This document shows, in pieces, positions 8,419 to 18,000 of a stretch of DNA of 32,000 nt. Made by a program: the position numbers and the translations under genes. How positions within the stretch are numbered: position 1 is the first letter of the stretch; every line of letters starts with the position of its first letter. The notes beneath the pieces were generated by a model. It was not told the origin of the DNA. It saw only the letters and a program-made list of their open reading frames with translations, and ran no database searches. Source of the DNA: an uncultured Chloroflexia bacterium (GTDB lineage: Bacteria; Chloroflexota; Ktedonobacteria; Ktedonobacterales; JADMIN01); contig CAVRAI010000007.1 of the NCBI GenBank assembly GCA_963718915.1, positions 120,001 to 152,000 of the forward strand, given 5' to 3'.

Positions 8419-8617
8419 GAGGTGTCACACTCCTCTTTCAGACGCTCCGAGCCAACGACGCCGCGTGCGCCAGATGTATGATAGATACCGCTCGCCGAGA
8501 ACGTCGAAACCGACAACTGATGAACAGCCTGATGAAGATAACGTGTGGCACGCGTACAGGCGCACGGTCATTCAGGCGTACCTTAGCATAGCAGGCCGTT
8601 ACAGTCAATTTTCCTGA

Positions 8618-8647
8618 TTGACCATCGGGAATGCGTACGCCTATACT
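8618..8647 (+). promoter_or_regulatory. Candidate sigma70-type promoter TTGACC-N18-TATACT for the ABC-2 operon
   Basis: TTGACC at 8618-8623 and TATACT at 8642-8647, about 75 nt upstream of ATG 8723. A 6-bp inverted repeat GTCAAT-N7-ATTGAC overlaps the -35. Confidence 0.4.
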
Positions 8648-8722
8648 CTCAGGGCAGAGAAGGCATCCAGCGTCAGGAGCTTCTCGACCTACCCGGTCTC
8701 GTTAGGGAAAGAGGAATCATTC

Positions 8723-9844
8723 ATGGATGCCACTGTCGCGCCAGCGACGGACGGCGCGGCGCGCGCGGGTGAAGTGGTGCTTGCCACGACCGGGCTGACG
8801 AAGCGCTACTCGAAGCGGCTGGCCGTCAACGGACTAAGTCTCGACGTTCGGCGTGGAGACGTTTTTGGCCTGTTGGGACCGAACGGTTCTGGCAAATCCA
8901 CAACGCTCCGCATGGTGCTGGGTCTGGTCTGGCCAACCGCTGGCTCTATCTCGCTCTTCGGCGGCGATCACAGTCAGAGCGATCAGCGCCGCGCGGCGCT
9001 ACGGCGGGTGGGCGCGGTAGTCGAGCAGCCAGCATTCTATCCATATCTCTCCGGGCGTCAGAATCTGCGCGGCGTCGCCATCTTCGCTGGATTGCCCAAC
9101 TCGCCCGAATCGCGCCAGCGTGTAGACGAGGCAATTGGCTATGTCGGCCTGAGCGAGCGCGCCGATGACGCCTATCGCAAATATTCGCTCGGCATGAAAC
9201 AGCGGCTTGGCATTGCGGCGGCGTTGCTTACGCAGCCGGAGCTGGTGGTGCTGGATGAGCCGACCAATGGCCTCGATCCCGCGGGCATGGTGGAGGTGCG
9301 CGCGCTCATCAAGCAGCTTGCGCAGCGCGGCATCACCGTGCTACTGGCCAGCCACCTGCTCCACGAGGTGCAGCAGGTTTGCACGCGCGTTGCCATCATG
9401 AAAGAAGGCACGCTCCTGGCGCACGGCGAGGTAGGCGACCTGCTCGCCGCGCAGATTGGCCTGCAACTGGGCTTTGCCGATCCCGAACAACTCGCGCAAG
9501 CGCTTGAGACACTCCAAGGAGCGGCGGCGACCAGCTCCTGGCTGCGCGGCGCAAGCCTCTCCGCCCCAGAGACGGGCGCATGGGTTCCCCCAGGCGGCCA
9601 GATACTCTTTGTCGATGCGCCGCTGGATCGCGCCGCCGACGTGAATGCGTTGCTGGCGGAACGGGGCATCTATGCCGCTGAGTTGCGCCGCCGCGAGGGC
9701 AACCTCGAGCAATACTTCCTGGCGCTGACTGGCGAGAGCGGAGACGGCGCGCCCGCGATGTCTTCCGCCGCGTCATCTTTATCGCCTATGTCGCCTATGT
9801 CGCCTGTTTCACCGTCCACACCCCCGCAAGGAGGCGTCGTATGA
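8723..9844 (+). CDS. ABC transporter ATP-binding protein (ABC-2/DrrA-like, with C-terminal extension)
   Basis: Walker A GPNGSGKSTT, signature YSLGMKQRLGIA, Walker B LVVLDEPTNGLD. The start at ATG 8723 is preceded by GGGAAAGAGGAA; the track ORF begins at 8618 in the same frame. The C-terminal tail ends in SPMSPMSPVSP. ATGA overlap with the next gene. Confidence 0.9.
   Translation: MDATVAPATDGAARAGEVVLATTGLTKRYSKRLAVNGLSLDVRRGDVFGLLGPNGSGKSTTLRMVLGLVWPTAGSISLFGGDHSQSDQRRAALRRVGAVVEQPAFYPYLSGRQNLRGVAIFAGLPNSPESRQRVDEAIGYVGLSERADDAYRKYSLGMKQRLGIAAALLTQPELVVLDEPTNGLDPAGMVEVRALIKQLAQRGITVLLASHLLHEVQQVCTRVAIMKEGTLLAHGEVGDLLAAQIGLQLGFADPEQLAQALETLQGAAATSSWLRGASLSAPETGAWVPPGGQILFVDAPLDRAADVNALLAERGIYAAELRRREGNLEQYFLALTGESGDGAPAMSSAASSLSPMSPMSPVSPSTPPQGGVV
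9782..9808. repeat. In-frame 9-bp tandem repeat TCGCCTATG x2 plus a degenerate third unit
   Basis: Units at 9782-9790 and 9791-9799, then TCGCCTGTT at 9800-9808. Encodes SPM-SPM-SPV in the ABC ATPase tail. Confidence 0.8.
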
Positions 9845-10869
9845 ATCCTACCGCTCCCCAGGCCAGCGCCAGCGCGTCCGCTATTCCGGCGCCTGCTGGC
9901 ATCTGGATCACCGAGGTGTTTCGCCTGACCCGTTGGGAACTCTATCTGGCATGGCGGCGGGTGATGGCGAAGGTGCTGATGATTCTCCTGGTCGTGTTCT
10001 ATGCGATTGTGGTTGCCTTTGTTGGCCTCACGCTCGCGTCGATCCAGAATCAGCCCGCGCCTCAGACATTCCAGTGTCCGCCGGACGCTGTTGGTTGCCA
10101 GGCTCCATCACAACAGGAGCTCGATCAGGAGCGCGCGGCCAGCATCGCCCAATTCAGCGATCCGGTGACGTTTCCGACCTCGCTGGGCTTCGCCGCCAGT
10201 TTCACCCGTATCGTCGGGCTGATTCTCATCTGTATTCTGGCGGGCGCGCTCGTCGGGAGTGAATACGGCTTCAGCACGCAACGGCTGGCGTTCTCACGCG
10301 GCACCAGTCGGCTACAGATGTTAACGGCGCAGACCATCGCGCTGGCGGTGATCGCGATGATTGTCGCCGCGGGCATGCTCGTGCTGGCGACGATTGTTGG
10401 GCTGACGGTTGGGCCAGCCTTTGGGGTGGCAGTCTCGGCGCCATCATTCGGCGGCTGGATGGAGATTATCAAGTTCTTCTTTGCGTTCGCGTTCAGCCTG
10501 TTTGCCTATGCGCTGGTGGCGTTGGCGGCGGCTACACTGGGCAAGAGCACAGCCGCGGGCGTCGGGCTATCGCTCGGCGTGATCGTGATCGAGCTGATCC
10601 TGACGCCCATCCTGACCGCGATTGGCCTGGCTCTCGTCAATATCGCTCATAATGACTTCGGCAACGTCCTGCAGCACATTCCCGACTGGTTCCTCGGCAG
10701 TAATGTCGGCGCGTTGCTGGGGCTGGCCGGGCAGTATCCCATCGGCCTGGCGTCAGCGCCCGCCAGCGATTTCACGCTGGCGCGGTCGTTGCTCGTGGCG
10801 CTTGTCTACTGCGCGGTGCTCTTCGGCGGTAGTTATCTCTTGCTGAGCCGCCGCGACGTGACAGAGTAG
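9841..10869 (+). CDS. ABC-2 type transporter permease
   Basis: 342 aa. It has an N-terminal TM helix, a large loop, then about 5 more hydrophobic helices. It is translationally coupled (ATGA) to the preceding ATPase. The function call rests mainly on this context. Confidence 0.7.
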   Translation: MNPTAPQASASASAIPAPAGIWITEVFRLTRWELYLAWRRVMAKVLMILLVVFYAIVVAFVGLTLASIQNQPAPQTFQCPPDAVGCQAPSQQELDQERAASIAQFSDPVTFPTSLGFAASFTRIVGLILICILAGALVGSEYGFSTQRLAFSRGTSRLQMLTAQTIALAVIAMIVAAGMLVLATIVGLTVGPAFGVAVSAPSFGGWMEIIKFFFAFAFSLFAYALVALAAATLGKSTAAGVGLSLGVIVIELILTPILTAIGLALVNIAHNDFGNVLQHIPDWFLGSNVGALLGLAGQYPIGLASAPASDFTLARSLLVALVYCAVLFGGSYLLLSRRDVTE

Positions 10870-10902
10870 ATGGCGGCTATGGCGGCTATGGCGGCTATGG
10901 CG
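10870..10902. repeat. 9-bp tandem repeat ATGGCGGCT x3.7
   Basis: Units start at 10870, 10879, 10888 and 10897 (partial). The repeat lies between the convergent permease and Nudix genes. On the minus strand each unit carries a TAG in the Nudix frame (10895-97, 10886-88, 10877-79). Confidence 0.85.
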
Positions 10903-11515
10903 TGGGCAGGCTTTCGCCGCCATGCAGCAGCGCCCAGGCTCGCCAGATGGCGAGTACCACCGGGGCATCGCTGATTGTGCCGTCCAGACAGGCGGTGTAG
11001 GCCTGGCGCAGTGGCATCTGGCGCGGCACGATCTGTTCGGTACCTTCGGGGGTGGCAGCGCCACGGTGAAGCTCTTGCGCCAGGTAGACGTGGCTGATCT
11101 GCGTCGAGATGCCGCCGCTGAGCGGGAATGCGCCGAGGTGTCGCCATGTGTCGGCTTGCAGGCCTACCTCTTCCGCCAGTTCGCGCTGTGCCGCCCCCAG
11201 GGGTTCTTCGCCTGGCTCAACACGTCCAGTCGGCAGTATCCAGCGGTCGCGCTGGAGCGGGTAGCTGAATTCGCGGATGAGCCAGATAGTTTCATCATTT
11301 TCTAACGCAACAATGGTAACATTGGCTCCGGGGTCAACGATGCCATAGATTCCGCGCCCGCCATCTGGCCGAAGAACATCATATTCGGTGACGATAAGCC
11401 AGGGATTGCGGTACACTTCGTAGCTGCCCAGGGTGCGCCAGGGGCTATCCGGCGCATCTGGGCCACCGCCGGGGGCATGCGCGGATGTACCGTCATGCGA
11501 GAGGGGAGATGGCAT
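10895..11515 (-). CDS. NUDIX hydrolase (ADP-ribose pyrophosphatase-like)
   Basis: Nudix box GRVEPGEEPLGAAQRELAEEVGL (Gx5Ex7REUxEExGU). AGGAG lies 10 nt upstream of ATG 11515. Confidence 0.85.
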   Translation of the reverse strand: MPSPLSHDGTSAHAPGGGPDAPDSPWRTLGSYEVYRNPWLIVTEYDVLRPDGGRGIYGIVDPGANVTIVALENDETIWLIREFSYPLQRDRWILPTGRVEPGEEPLGAAQRELAEEVGLQADTWRHLGAFPLSGGISTQISHVYLAQELHRGAATPEGTEQIVPRQMPLRQAYTACLDGTISDAPVVLAIWRAWALLHGGESLPTP

Positions 11516-11755
11516 CGGCGCGTACTCCTAAAGTGATGGGGTCTGTATCGTTGATTCGATTGGTTTGCGCGTGTCCTGACACAGAGACCCGGACAACCAT
11601 GCAACAGTCTCTCTTCGGAACAATACGGCCAGAGACATTCGTCATCATAGTACCTGATGCGCGCACAATGCGCTCATAAATAGTCCTGCTATATGCTTGC
11701 TCCGCACACCGCGCGCCAGACCGGGTTGGTGTGGAAGTAATCAGGAGTAATCCGC

Positions 11756-13471
11756 ATGCGACGCGCTCTGCGCAAAGTTCCATTCGTGACGTTCGGACTA
11801 CTGGTCTGTGTGATGACCATCATACTCGCGGGCTGCGAGTCAGGTTCAACCCAGCCGAAACCAACAGCGTTACCCGATAGCCAGCAGGTGCTGCGCGTGC
11901 CGCTGATAGGCCAGAAAGATATCAGCGGGCTGGATCCGGCGACCGTCGCGGATGCCAACAGCCTGGCGGTCATGTCGCTGATCTATCCAGGACTGGTGAC
12001 GCTCAATGCCAGCCAGCAGGTGATCCCATGGGCCGCCGATGGCCTGCCCGATGTCAGCGACGATGGCCTGACCTACACCTTTCATGTGCGCGCGGGGCTG
12101 AAGTGGAGTGATGGCACGCCGATCACCGCCAGCACCTTTGCCTATTCGATCAATCGCGCGCTCAGTCCGTGTGTCAATTCGCGTGTCAACTACTACCTCT
12201 TCGGTCTCAAGGATGCCGTCGCCTATTTCAACACGGGACGCTGCGAGAGCGACGGCGTGACTGTGGATGGTCCCATCAAGACGCTGATTGGCGACGCCCT
12301 CATCGTCTCGGATCCGCTCACGCTCCAGATTGTGCTGGCTCAGCCCGCCGCGTACTTCCTCAACATCCTCAGCTACCCGGTGGCGTATGCGGCGCCAGAG
12401 CAGCTGATTACCACCTATGGCAACGACTGGACGAAGCATCTGACGGATGGCAGCGGCATGGGCGGCAGCCTGTATTCGTTGACCGCGTGGCCACACGATG
12501 GCACGCTGACGCTGACACGTAATCCGCAGTTCTGGGGCGCTCGCCCGCTGCTGCGCCAGATCAACTACAGCTTCTATCCAACGACAGATAGCGCGTACAC
12601 TGCCTGGAAAAATGGCCAGGTGGACGTTGGCTATGCGCCCACCGCGCAATATCCAGCCGTCGCCAAGGCGAAGGACTTCCATGAGACGGGTATGCTCGAT
12701 CTCTATTACTTCGCCATGAACTGGACGGAGGCGCCGTTCAACAACCTGCAGGCGCGCCAGGCTTTCGCGCTGGCAATAGATAAACAGTCGATTGCCGATG
12801 CGCTCAAGAATACCGTCATCCCCACCAATCACATCGTCCCTCAGGGGATGCCCGGCTATGACGCCGCGCTACGTGGCCCAGATGGCAGCACGCACCTGAC
12901 AGGAGATCAGGCATCCGCGGCGCAGTATGCCCTCCAGTATGCCGACAAGGCATGCCATGGCAAATTCGCGACCTGCCCCAGTGTCGTGCTGACCATTCCG
13001 AGCGGGCAGCCCGATCTCACGACGGTCGCCAACAATGTGCTCGCGGCCTGGAAGAAAGCTATGCCCGGCTGGCCGATTTCCATTCGCGCGGTGGATCCCA
13101 CGGCGATGTTGCAGCAGTTGAGCAACCGGCAGTTACAGATATGGCTCTTCAACTGGCTTGGCGACTATCCCGACCCACAAGACTGGCTCTCGCTCCAGTT
13201 CCTGCCGGGCAGCGACAATAACATTGGCAATGTGATGGTCGATCAGGCGAATACGCTCATGCTGAAGGCCGACGCCGAAGAGGACCCGCTCCAGCGGATG
13301 CGCGATTATAACGCCGCCGAGCAGTTGCTGGTCGTCGATATCGCCTGGATTCCGCTCTATCAGACGAAAGCCTGGTGGCAGACCCAGTCGCGGATACACA
13401 ATTACACCGTCGCGTCGTTCGGCCTGACGCCGCTTGATGTCTGGACTAGCGTCTACATCTCAGACTCCTGA
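11756..13471 (+). CDS. ABC transporter substrate-binding lipoprotein, peptide/nickel (family 5) type
   Basis: 571 aa. Signal peptide with LAGC lipobox (VCVMTIILAGCESGS). Its size and sequence style fit family-5 solute-binding proteins. AGGAG lies 8 nt upstream. No cognate permease or ATPase is adjacent. Confidence 0.8.
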   Translation: MRRALRKVPFVTFGLLVCVMTIILAGCESGSTQPKPTALPDSQQVLRVPLIGQKDISGLDPATVADANSLAVMSLIYPGLVTLNASQQVIPWAADGLPDVSDDGLTYTFHVRAGLKWSDGTPITASTFAYSINRALSPCVNSRVNYYLFGLKDAVAYFNTGRCESDGVTVDGPIKTLIGDALIVSDPLTLQIVLAQPAAYFLNILSYPVAYAAPEQLITTYGNDWTKHLTDGSGMGGSLYSLTAWPHDGTLTLTRNPQFWGARPLLRQINYSFYPTTDSAYTAWKNGQVDVGYAPTAQYPAVAKAKDFHETGMLDLYYFAMNWTEAPFNNLQARQAFALAIDKQSIADALKNTVIPTNHIVPQGMPGYDAALRGPDGSTHLTGDQASAAQYALQYADKACHGKFATCPSVVLTIPSGQPDLTTVANNVLAAWKKAMPGWPISIRAVDPTAMLQQLSNRQLQIWLFNWLGDYPDPQDWLSLQFLPGSDNNIGNVMVDQANTLMLKADAEEDPLQRMRDYNAAEQLLVVDIAWIPLYQTKAWWQTQSRIHNYTVASFGLTPLDVWTSVYISDS

Positions 13472-13663
13472 GCATACGTGGAATTGCCGGTCCCTCTCGC
13501 CTCTACTTGCTCCCTTCCGCGCCACGCCCGGCGTCGGGGGCAATTTTCTGTGCGTCTCCGTTGTTTCCAGAACAACCGGTAGGCTTCGTTCGTCTAAAAG
13601 ACGTGGTATGCTGACCGGACGTGGCTGCGAGACAACCGGCGAGTTGGCGGAAAGTGGGATCGT

Positions 13664-15319
13664 ATGGGCCGGATGACTGCGCAATGGGGACGGACACTTC
13701 AGGTATGGCGATTTTATCGCGTCTCGCGCCTGCTCTTCGTCACCATCTGGCTGCTGACCCGCGAGCGGCGGCGCGTGGTGCGGGCGCGTGCCCGTGGGCA
13801 GAACGTCTATCCCAATATGGATGTGTTGCGGCGGGCGCTCCGGGCGTTTCGCGTGACGGCTATCGAGATGGGCGGCCTACTCATCAAGCTCGGTCAGTTC
13901 CTCAGCGCCCGCGCCGACCTGCTCCCCACCGAGGCGCTGGCGGAACTCTCGCAATTGCAGGACGAAGTGCCCGCCGAATGCTTCGCTGACATCAAGCGCA
14001 TCATCGAGCGAGAGCTTGGCGCGCCCATTGGCGATATCTTCAGTGAGGTCGATCCGACTCCAGCAGGGTCGGCCTCGCTTGGACAGGTGCATCGTGCGCT
14101 CCTGAAGGATGGGCGGTCCGTCGCGCTCAAGGTGCAGCGCCCCAACATCGAACGCATCGTTCGCGCCGACCTGCGCGCCATCCGTTTCGTGCTGGAACTG
14201 GTGCGCCGTCTGGCACCGTCGATGGATCGCGTGATGGATTTTCGCGGACTGTACGCGGAGTTCAGCCGTACCATTTACGAGGAACTGAACTATGAGCGCG
14301 AGGGACGCAACGCCGAGCGATTCGCGCAGCTCTTCGCCGACGATCCGGGTATCCGCGTCCCCGGCGTCATCTGGGAGCACTCCTCGCGGCAGGTGCTGGC
14401 GCTGGAGTGGATGAACGGCATTAAAGTGACCGACTTCGCCGCCCTCGACGCCGCGAAGGTAGATCGCGACGCCCTCGCCCAACGCATCACCGGTAGCTAC
14501 GTCCGGCAGATGTTGCAGTTTGGCTTTTTCCACGCCGACCCACATCCAGGAAATATCTTTGTGCAGCCAGAAGGGAACGATTTCCGCGTCGTCTTCCTGG
14601 ACTTCGGCATGATGGGTTCGATCACCATGCCGATGAAGCAGGGGATGCGTGAAGCCTTCATCGGCATGACCACCGAGGATGCGGGGTTGATCGTCAAGGG
14701 CATGGATACCCTTGGCTTTCTGGGTGAGGGCGCGAATCATGGCCAGATCGAGCAGGCGGTTGGCCTGATGATTGGCCAGTTCAGCGCCATGCCGTTTGGC
14801 CAGCTCCGCGAGGTGGATCCCTCACTCATGCTGCACGATGTCGAGGGGCTGCTCTACGACCAGCCGCTGCGGCTGCCCGCCCATCTGGCGTTCTTTGGCC
14901 GCGCGATGGCGATGCTGGTGGGACTGGCAACCTCCCTCTCGCCACACTTCAATCTGCTCGACGCCACCGTACCCTATGCGCAGCAGTTCCTGGGTGAGAG
15001 CGCGCTAGACGCCATTCCTCGTCTGCTCGGCGCGCGCAGTTGGGGCGATCTGGGGCGCACCCTCACCCGCGATGGCGTCGCGATGGCGCGTAGCGTGGCG
15101 GCGCTGCCACGACTGGCCGAGCGGGTGCTCGAACGCATGGAACGTGGCGAGCTACGGATGATTATCGAAAGCCCGCACCTGAATCCGGATTTGAGACGAC
15201 GAGGCGTACCACGCGCCAGGGCCGCGCTCAGTCGGCCGGTGCCGGTATGGGTGCCTATTGGCCTGGCGGGAGTCGCCGCGCTGGCCATCGTCCTCTGGAG
15301 GCGTGAGGCCAGTGACTGA
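13664..15319 (+). CDS. ABC1/UbiB-family atypical protein kinase
   Basis: Motifs GSASLGQVHRALLKDGRSVALKVQRPNI and FFHADPHPGNIFV. C-terminal TM segment VWVPIGLAGVAALAIVLW. Confidence 0.88.
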   Translation: MGRMTAQWGRTLQVWRFYRVSRLLFVTIWLLTRERRRVVRARARGQNVYPNMDVLRRALRAFRVTAIEMGGLLIKLGQFLSARADLLPTEALAELSQLQDEVPAECFADIKRIIERELGAPIGDIFSEVDPTPAGSASLGQVHRALLKDGRSVALKVQRPNIERIVRADLRAIRFVLELVRRLAPSMDRVMDFRGLYAEFSRTIYEELNYEREGRNAERFAQLFADDPGIRVPGVIWEHSSRQVLALEWMNGIKVTDFAALDAAKVDRDALAQRITGSYVRQMLQFGFFHADPHPGNIFVQPEGNDFRVVFLDFGMMGSITMPMKQGMREAFIGMTTEDAGLIVKGMDTLGFLGEGANHGQIEQAVGLMIGQFSAMPFGQLREVDPSLMLHDVEGLLYDQPLRLPAHLAFFGRAMAMLVGLATSLSPHFNLLDATVPYAQQFLGESALDAIPRLLGARSWGDLGRTLTRDGVAMARSVAALPRLAERVLERMERGELRMIIESPHLNPDLRRRGVPRARAALSRPVPVWVPIGLAGVAALAIVLWRREASD

Positions 15320-16247
15320 TACCGCGCCCAGAGAAGCCGTCGAATCGCTGGACGACCTGACCGGCAGGAATCCCTCTACACCACGAGCAACGCCACACCG
15401 CGCCGCGCCGAGTGAGAGCTGGCTCCCACCACTGGCGTTGGCCGAGGGTGGGCTGCTGCTGGATGTCGCGATTATCCTCGATCTGGTCGCCATCTACCTC
15501 CCGGTCGTCGGCATCGTCGTCATGCCCGCCGTGCCCGCGCCGTTCGCGCTGCTGATGTTGCGGCGAGGGGTGCGGGTAACACTCCTGGCGGCCGCTGTCT
15601 CCGCGTTTCTGGTGACGGTGATCGCGGGGCCGCACTTTGGCTGGCGCATGGGGATACAGGCTCTGGTGGGCGCCATGATTGGCTGGATTATGCAGCGGCG
15701 GCGCTCGCCATGGATCGCGCTGATGCTCTGCTCGCTCTTCATCACCGCCGCGGGCGTCTTCGCGACGCTGGGCCTGATCGTCTTCACTGGGCTGCCCGTC
15801 AAAGACGTCGTGGATGAGCTGCGCAACGCTATGGACGCCGCGATGTCGCTGGTCGCGAGTGGCGCGCAACTGGTTGGCCTGGAACAGCTCTGGCTGGCCG
15901 TGCGGCCTCCGCTCGTCGCGTTGGAGGCATTCAGCCTGCGCCTCTGGCCAGCGCTGCTCTTTTGCTATCTGCTGTGCTTCGCGCTTCCCATGGTCATGCT
16001 TTACCTCACCGTCGCGACAGGAACGGCGCGGGTGCTGGGCAACGATGTCCGTCCATTCCCGCCGCGCTGGGCGCTGCGGCTAGCCTGGCTGCTCATGCTG
16101 CCGCTGGCGTTTATCATGAGCTTGCCCAGGCGCATCTTGCATCGCGGCGGGCGTATTGATGATGTGAATGGCGCGCGTGAGCGGAGTGACCCAGGTGATA
16201 GCTCTGGCAGGTTGAGGCCAGCGGGAAAAAGGGCGGGAGGCGCGTGA
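15312..16247 (+). CDS. Polytopic membrane protein (DUF2232/YybS-like by eye); possible substrate-capture component of the downstream ECF module
   Basis: GTG 15312 overlaps the UbiB stop (GTGACTGA) with TGGAGG 10 nt upstream; the track ORF starts at 15258 in the same frame. It has 7-8 hydrophobic helices. Its stop overlaps the ecfA1 start (GTGATG). The function is an inference from context. Confidence 0.55.
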   Translation: MTDTAPREAVESLDDLTGRNPSTPRATPHRAAPSESWLPPLALAEGGLLLDVAIILDLVAIYLPVVGIVVMPAVPAPFALLMLRRGVRVTLLAAAVSAFLVTVIAGPHFGWRMGIQALVGAMIGWIMQRRRSPWIALMLCSLFITAAGVFATLGLIVFTGLPVKDVVDELRNAMDAAMSLVASGAQLVGLEQLWLAVRPPLVALEAFSLRLWPALLFCYLLCFALPMVMLYLTVATGTARVLGNDVRPFPPRWALRLAWLLMLPLAFIMSLPRRILHRGGRIDDVNGARERSDPGDSSGRLRPAGKRAGGA

Positions 16248-17122
16248 TGAATCAATCGCTCGCGCGCGAACCGCTGATTGACGCTGAATGCGTCACCTAT
16301 CGCTATCCAGCACGGAACGGCATAACTCCCGCGCATCCAGCGATCGATGCTGTCTCGCTGCGGGTGAACCCGGGCGAATATGTGGCGCTGCTCGGCCACA
16401 ACGGCAGTGGGAAATCGACGTTGGCCCGCCTGTTGAACGGTCTGCTCGTGCCCGCGGATGGGCATGTGCGCGTGCTCGGACATGATACTCGCGAACGGAC
16501 GCGACGCCGATTCGTGCGCGAGCGTGTGGGCATGATCTTTTCTGACCCGGACAGCCAGATTATCGCCACCGTCGTCGCCGACGATGTCGCGTGGGGGCTG
16601 GCGGCGCGCGGATTGCCTCGCGACATCATCGCGCGCCGGGTCGATGCCGCGCTGGCGGCGGTTGGGCTGGCGGATGCGCGCGGGCGAGCGCCTCATGAGT
16701 TGTCGGGAGGCCAGCGCCAGCGGCTTGCCATCGCGGGTGTGCTGGCGCTGGAGCCAGCCTGTATCGTCGCCGACGAGGTCACGGCGCAACTTGATCCGCA
16801 GGCACGCGGCGAGATACTCTCCCTGCTGCGCGAGTTGAATCGCACCCGTGGATTGAGCGTGGTCGCGGTCACTCATCTCCTCGAAGAAGCCGCGCTGGCG
16901 GATCGGGTCATCGTGCTGGAGCATGGCCGTATCGCGCTGGAAGGCGCGCCTGCCGCCGTCTTTGCCGACCTGAACCGGCTGCGGGCGCTGCGGCTGGTTG
17001 TGCCGGAGATCGCGCTCCTGGGCGAGCGATTGCGGCGGGCCGGGCTAGCCATCCCACCAGATGCGCTGACACCCGAGGCGTTGATCGCCGCGCTCATTGC
17101 GCGGGAGGGCCGCCCCGCATGA
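16244..17122 (+). CDS. ecfA1: Energy-coupling factor (ECF) transporter ATPase, first copy
   Basis: Walker A GHNGSGKSTL, signature LSGGQRQRLAIA, Walker B IVADEVTAQLD. Length (about 290 aa) and tandem A-A'-T order are as in ECF modules. Confidence 0.88.
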   Translation: MMNQSLAREPLIDAECVTYRYPARNGITPAHPAIDAVSLRVNPGEYVALLGHNGSGKSTLARLLNGLLVPADGHVRVLGHDTRERTRRRFVRERVGMIFSDPDSQIIATVVADDVAWGLAARGLPRDIIARRVDAALAAVGLADARGRAPHELSGGQRQRLAIAGVLALEPACIVADEVTAQLDPQARGEILSLLRELNRTRGLSVVAVTHLLEEAALADRVIVLEHGRIALEGAPAAVFADLNRLRALRLVVPEIALLGERLRRAGLAIPPDALTPEALIAALIAREGRPA

Positions 17123-18000
17123 GCATCCACGTCGAGCGCCTGACGCAAATCTACCATCCCGGCACACCCAGAGCGCGCACCGCCCTGCGCGATGTCAGCC
17201 TGACCATCGAGGACGGCGCCTGCGCCGCGATCATCGGCGTCACCGGCTCCGGCAAATCAACGCTCGTCCAGCACTTCAACGGGTTGCTGCGCCCCACCAG
17301 TGGCCGCGTCGTCGTAGATGGGCTGGATGTCGGCGCGCGCGCGACCCGTGGAACCGACCTCCAGGCGCTACGGCAGCATGTTGGCCTGCTCTTTCAGTTC
17401 CCTGAGGCGCAACTCTTCGCCGCGACAGTCTACGATGACGTCGCGTTTGGGCCGCGCCAGCTTGGTCTATCGGCAACGGCGGTGCGGGCGCGGGTCGTGT
17501 GGGCGCTGGATGCCGTAGCGCTAGGCTATGATGACGCGCTGCTGGCGCGCTCGCCGTTCGCGCTCAGTGGCGGGCAGCGGCGGCGCGTGGCGCTGGCGGG
17601 CGTGCTGGCGATGCGCCCACGGACGTTGGCGCTCGATGAACCGAGCGCGGGACTGGATGCGGAGGCGCGCGCGGAACTCTATGCCCAACTGCGAACCTTG
17701 CATCGGCAGAACGGTCTGACATTGGTGCTGATCTCGCACGACATGAGCGAGGTCGCCGAGCTGGCCGACCAGATTTTCGTGCTGGCCGAGGGCGAGCTAC
17801 GGCTTGCTGGCGCGCCAGAGGCGGTCTTCAGCCAGACGGAGGCCATCATCGCGGCAGGGTTATTGCCTCCGCCACTCGCGCAGATTGGCGTGCTGGCGCG
17901 CGAGCGCGGACTGGCTGTGCCACCAGATGCGACGACGCTGGACGCCACCACGAGCGCGCTGCTGACCGCGCTCGAAAAGCGAGGCGACCATGCTCGATAA
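17119..18000 (+). CDS. ecfA2: Energy-coupling factor (ECF) transporter ATPase, second copy
   Basis: Walker A GVTGSGKSTL, signature LSGGQRRRVALA, Walker B LALDEPSAGLD. ATGA overlap with ecfA1. Confidence 0.88.
   Translation: MSIHVERLTQIYHPGTPRARTALRDVSLTIEDGACAAIIGVTGSGKSTLVQHFNGLLRPTSGRVVVDGLDVGARATRGTDLQALRQHVGLLFQFPEAQLFAATVYDDVAFGPRQLGLSATAVRARVVWALDAVALGYDDALLARSPFALSGGQRRRVALAGVLAMRPRTLALDEPSAGLDAEARAELYAQLRTLHRQNGLTLVLISHDMSEVAELADQIFVLAEGELRLAGAPEAVFSQTEAIIAAGLLPPPLAQIGVLARERGLAVPPDATTLDATTSALLTALEKRGDHAR

Noticed and set aside
8618-8722. Upstream 35 codons of the ABC ATPase track ORF (MTIGNAYAYTLRAEKASSVRSF…).
   Set aside because: This stretch overlaps the candidate promoter. ATG 8723 has a purine-rich RBS, and ATPase homology starts about 25 residues after it.
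13520-13550. GCCC-N8-GGGC followed by AATTTTCT downstream of the SBP gene, as an intrinsic terminator.
   Set aside because: The stem is only 4 bp with a short interrupted T-run. That is too weak to call.
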